A model generated the notes under the pieces. It saw nothing but the letters and a program-made list of their open reading frames with translations. It searched no databases and was not told the DNA's origin. The position numbers were made by a program, and so were the translations under genes. A stretch of 25,765 bases of DNA from a virus (taxonomy: Duplodnaviria; Caudoviricetes). Numbering within the stretch: the first letter of the stretch is position 1; every line of letters starts with the position of its first letter. The stretch spans positions 1 to 25,765 of IMG/VR virus record IMGVR_UViG_3300020045_008627, one strand, 5' to 3'. Of this stretch, positions 25,347 to 25,765 are shown in pieces.

Positions 25347-25378
25347 CAAAACTAAGCATTTAGTTAATCTTTTGCAAA
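25347..25378 (-). promoter_or_regulatory. Bacteroidota-type promoter TTTG-N20-TAGTTTTG for terS
   Basis: TTTG at 25378-25375, TAGTTTTG at 25354-25347, ATG 4 nt downstream. Confidence 0.7.
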
Positions 25379-25386
25379 TTAACTAG

Positions 25387-25473
25387 TTACCAAAACATGG
25401 ACCCTAAAATAATCCAACCAGCAACCACTAGTAAAAATAGAAATATTTTGATGTAACGTTCCATATTTTTCAT
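25387..25473 (-). CDS. Small single-TM peptide (28 aa), missing from ORF track
   Basis: MKNMERYIKIFLFLLVVAGWIILGSMFW*. ATGA overlap with the upstream gene. Confidence 0.5.
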   Translation of the reverse strand: MKNMERYIKIFLFLLVVAGWIILGSMFW

Positions 25474-25646
25474 TTGATCTTCTCAAGTTTCTTCTGAATG
25501 TCGCGGGCCATCTTGTTGGCTTCGTTCTTTTTGTTTTTGGCCAAAATAATGTCGCCTTCGAGGTCTGTGATTTGGGCGGTAATCTCTATCAAGTCGTTCT
25601 CCACGGCTTTAAGTTGTTGTTCAAGGATTGTTTTTAGTGTTTCCAT
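25470..25646 (-). CDS. Small coiled-coil protein (58 aa), missing from ORF track
   Basis: METLKTILEQQLKAVENDLIEITAQITDLEGDIILAKNKKNEANKMARDIQKKLEKIK*. Heptad pattern and A-rich sequence before the ATG. Confidence 0.7.
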   Translation of the reverse strand: METLKTILEQQLKAVENDLIEITAQITDLEGDIILAKNKKNEANKMARDIQKKLEKIK

Positions 25647-25694
25647 TTTACTTATGATTTATGGGCTGGATGATACAGGGAATAATCCAGAAGT

Positions 25695-25765
25695 ATGAAA
25701 GGCATGAAAAAAGAAGAGTCACTTCAAATAGCCGTATGCAATTACTTGCGCCTCCAATATCCCGA
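25695..25765 (+). CDS. N-terminus of probable VRR-NUC-type nuclease (runs off window end)
   Basis: MKGMKKEESLQIAVCNYLRLQYP resembles the E..LQ......L...YP start of phage VRR-NUC proteins. Only 23 codons are visible; the start may be 25704. Confidence 0.5.
   Translation, partial: MKGMKKEESLQIAVCNYLRLQYP

Noticed and set aside
244-25698. Plus-strand ORFs in the track (e.g. 244-516, 2844-3131, 11327-11644, 16079-16453, 23524-23805, 25498-25698)
   Set aside because: All are antisense shadows of well-supported minus-strand genes and have no recognisable motifs.
1-25765. Stop-codon reassignment, CRISPR array, tRNA, integrase/att site, diversity-generating retroelement, intron or intein
   Set aside because: The standard code gives full-length, tightly packed genes ending in TAA, TGA and TAG. 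No spaced repeats, cloverleaf, recombinase or reverse transcriptase were seen, and terL and the other core genes are uninterrupted.

Overview
The window is the DNA-packaging and virion-morphogenesis region of a tailed (siphovirus-like) phage, almost entirely on the minus strand. The host is probably in the Bacteroidota, judged from several TAnnTTTG (-7) promoter boxes, two with a correctly spaced TTTG (-33). In transcription order (right to left): terminase small and large subunits; a tail-assembly-chaperone-like gene with a canonical -1 slippery site; a holin-like membrane protein; two neck/tail-completion-like genes; two large tail proteins; tape measure; a small HTH protein; a ClpP protease-scaffold-major capsid fusion; major tail protein; portal; and the start of a head-tail adaptor. 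The most striking element is a ~10 kb, translationally coupled glycan-building cassette between the major tail gene and the portal gene. It encodes six glycosyltransferase-like domains (GT11, GT25, two GT2, a DUF4422-like protein, and one fused to a methyltransferase), a GDP-mannose 3',5'-epimerase-like enzyme and five SAM-methyltransferase-like domains, with no recognisable flippase, polymerase or lipid-carrier enzyme. This suggests a system for coating the virion with a methylated, L-sugar-containing glycan (inference). Non-coding signals include a 21-bp box at identical spacing upstream of the capsid and portal promoters, hairpins abutting the portal and tape-measure start codons, and a leader-peptide/terminator element plus a candidate small RNA at the cassette entrance. 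Family assignments come from motif recognition by eye; no database searches were run.
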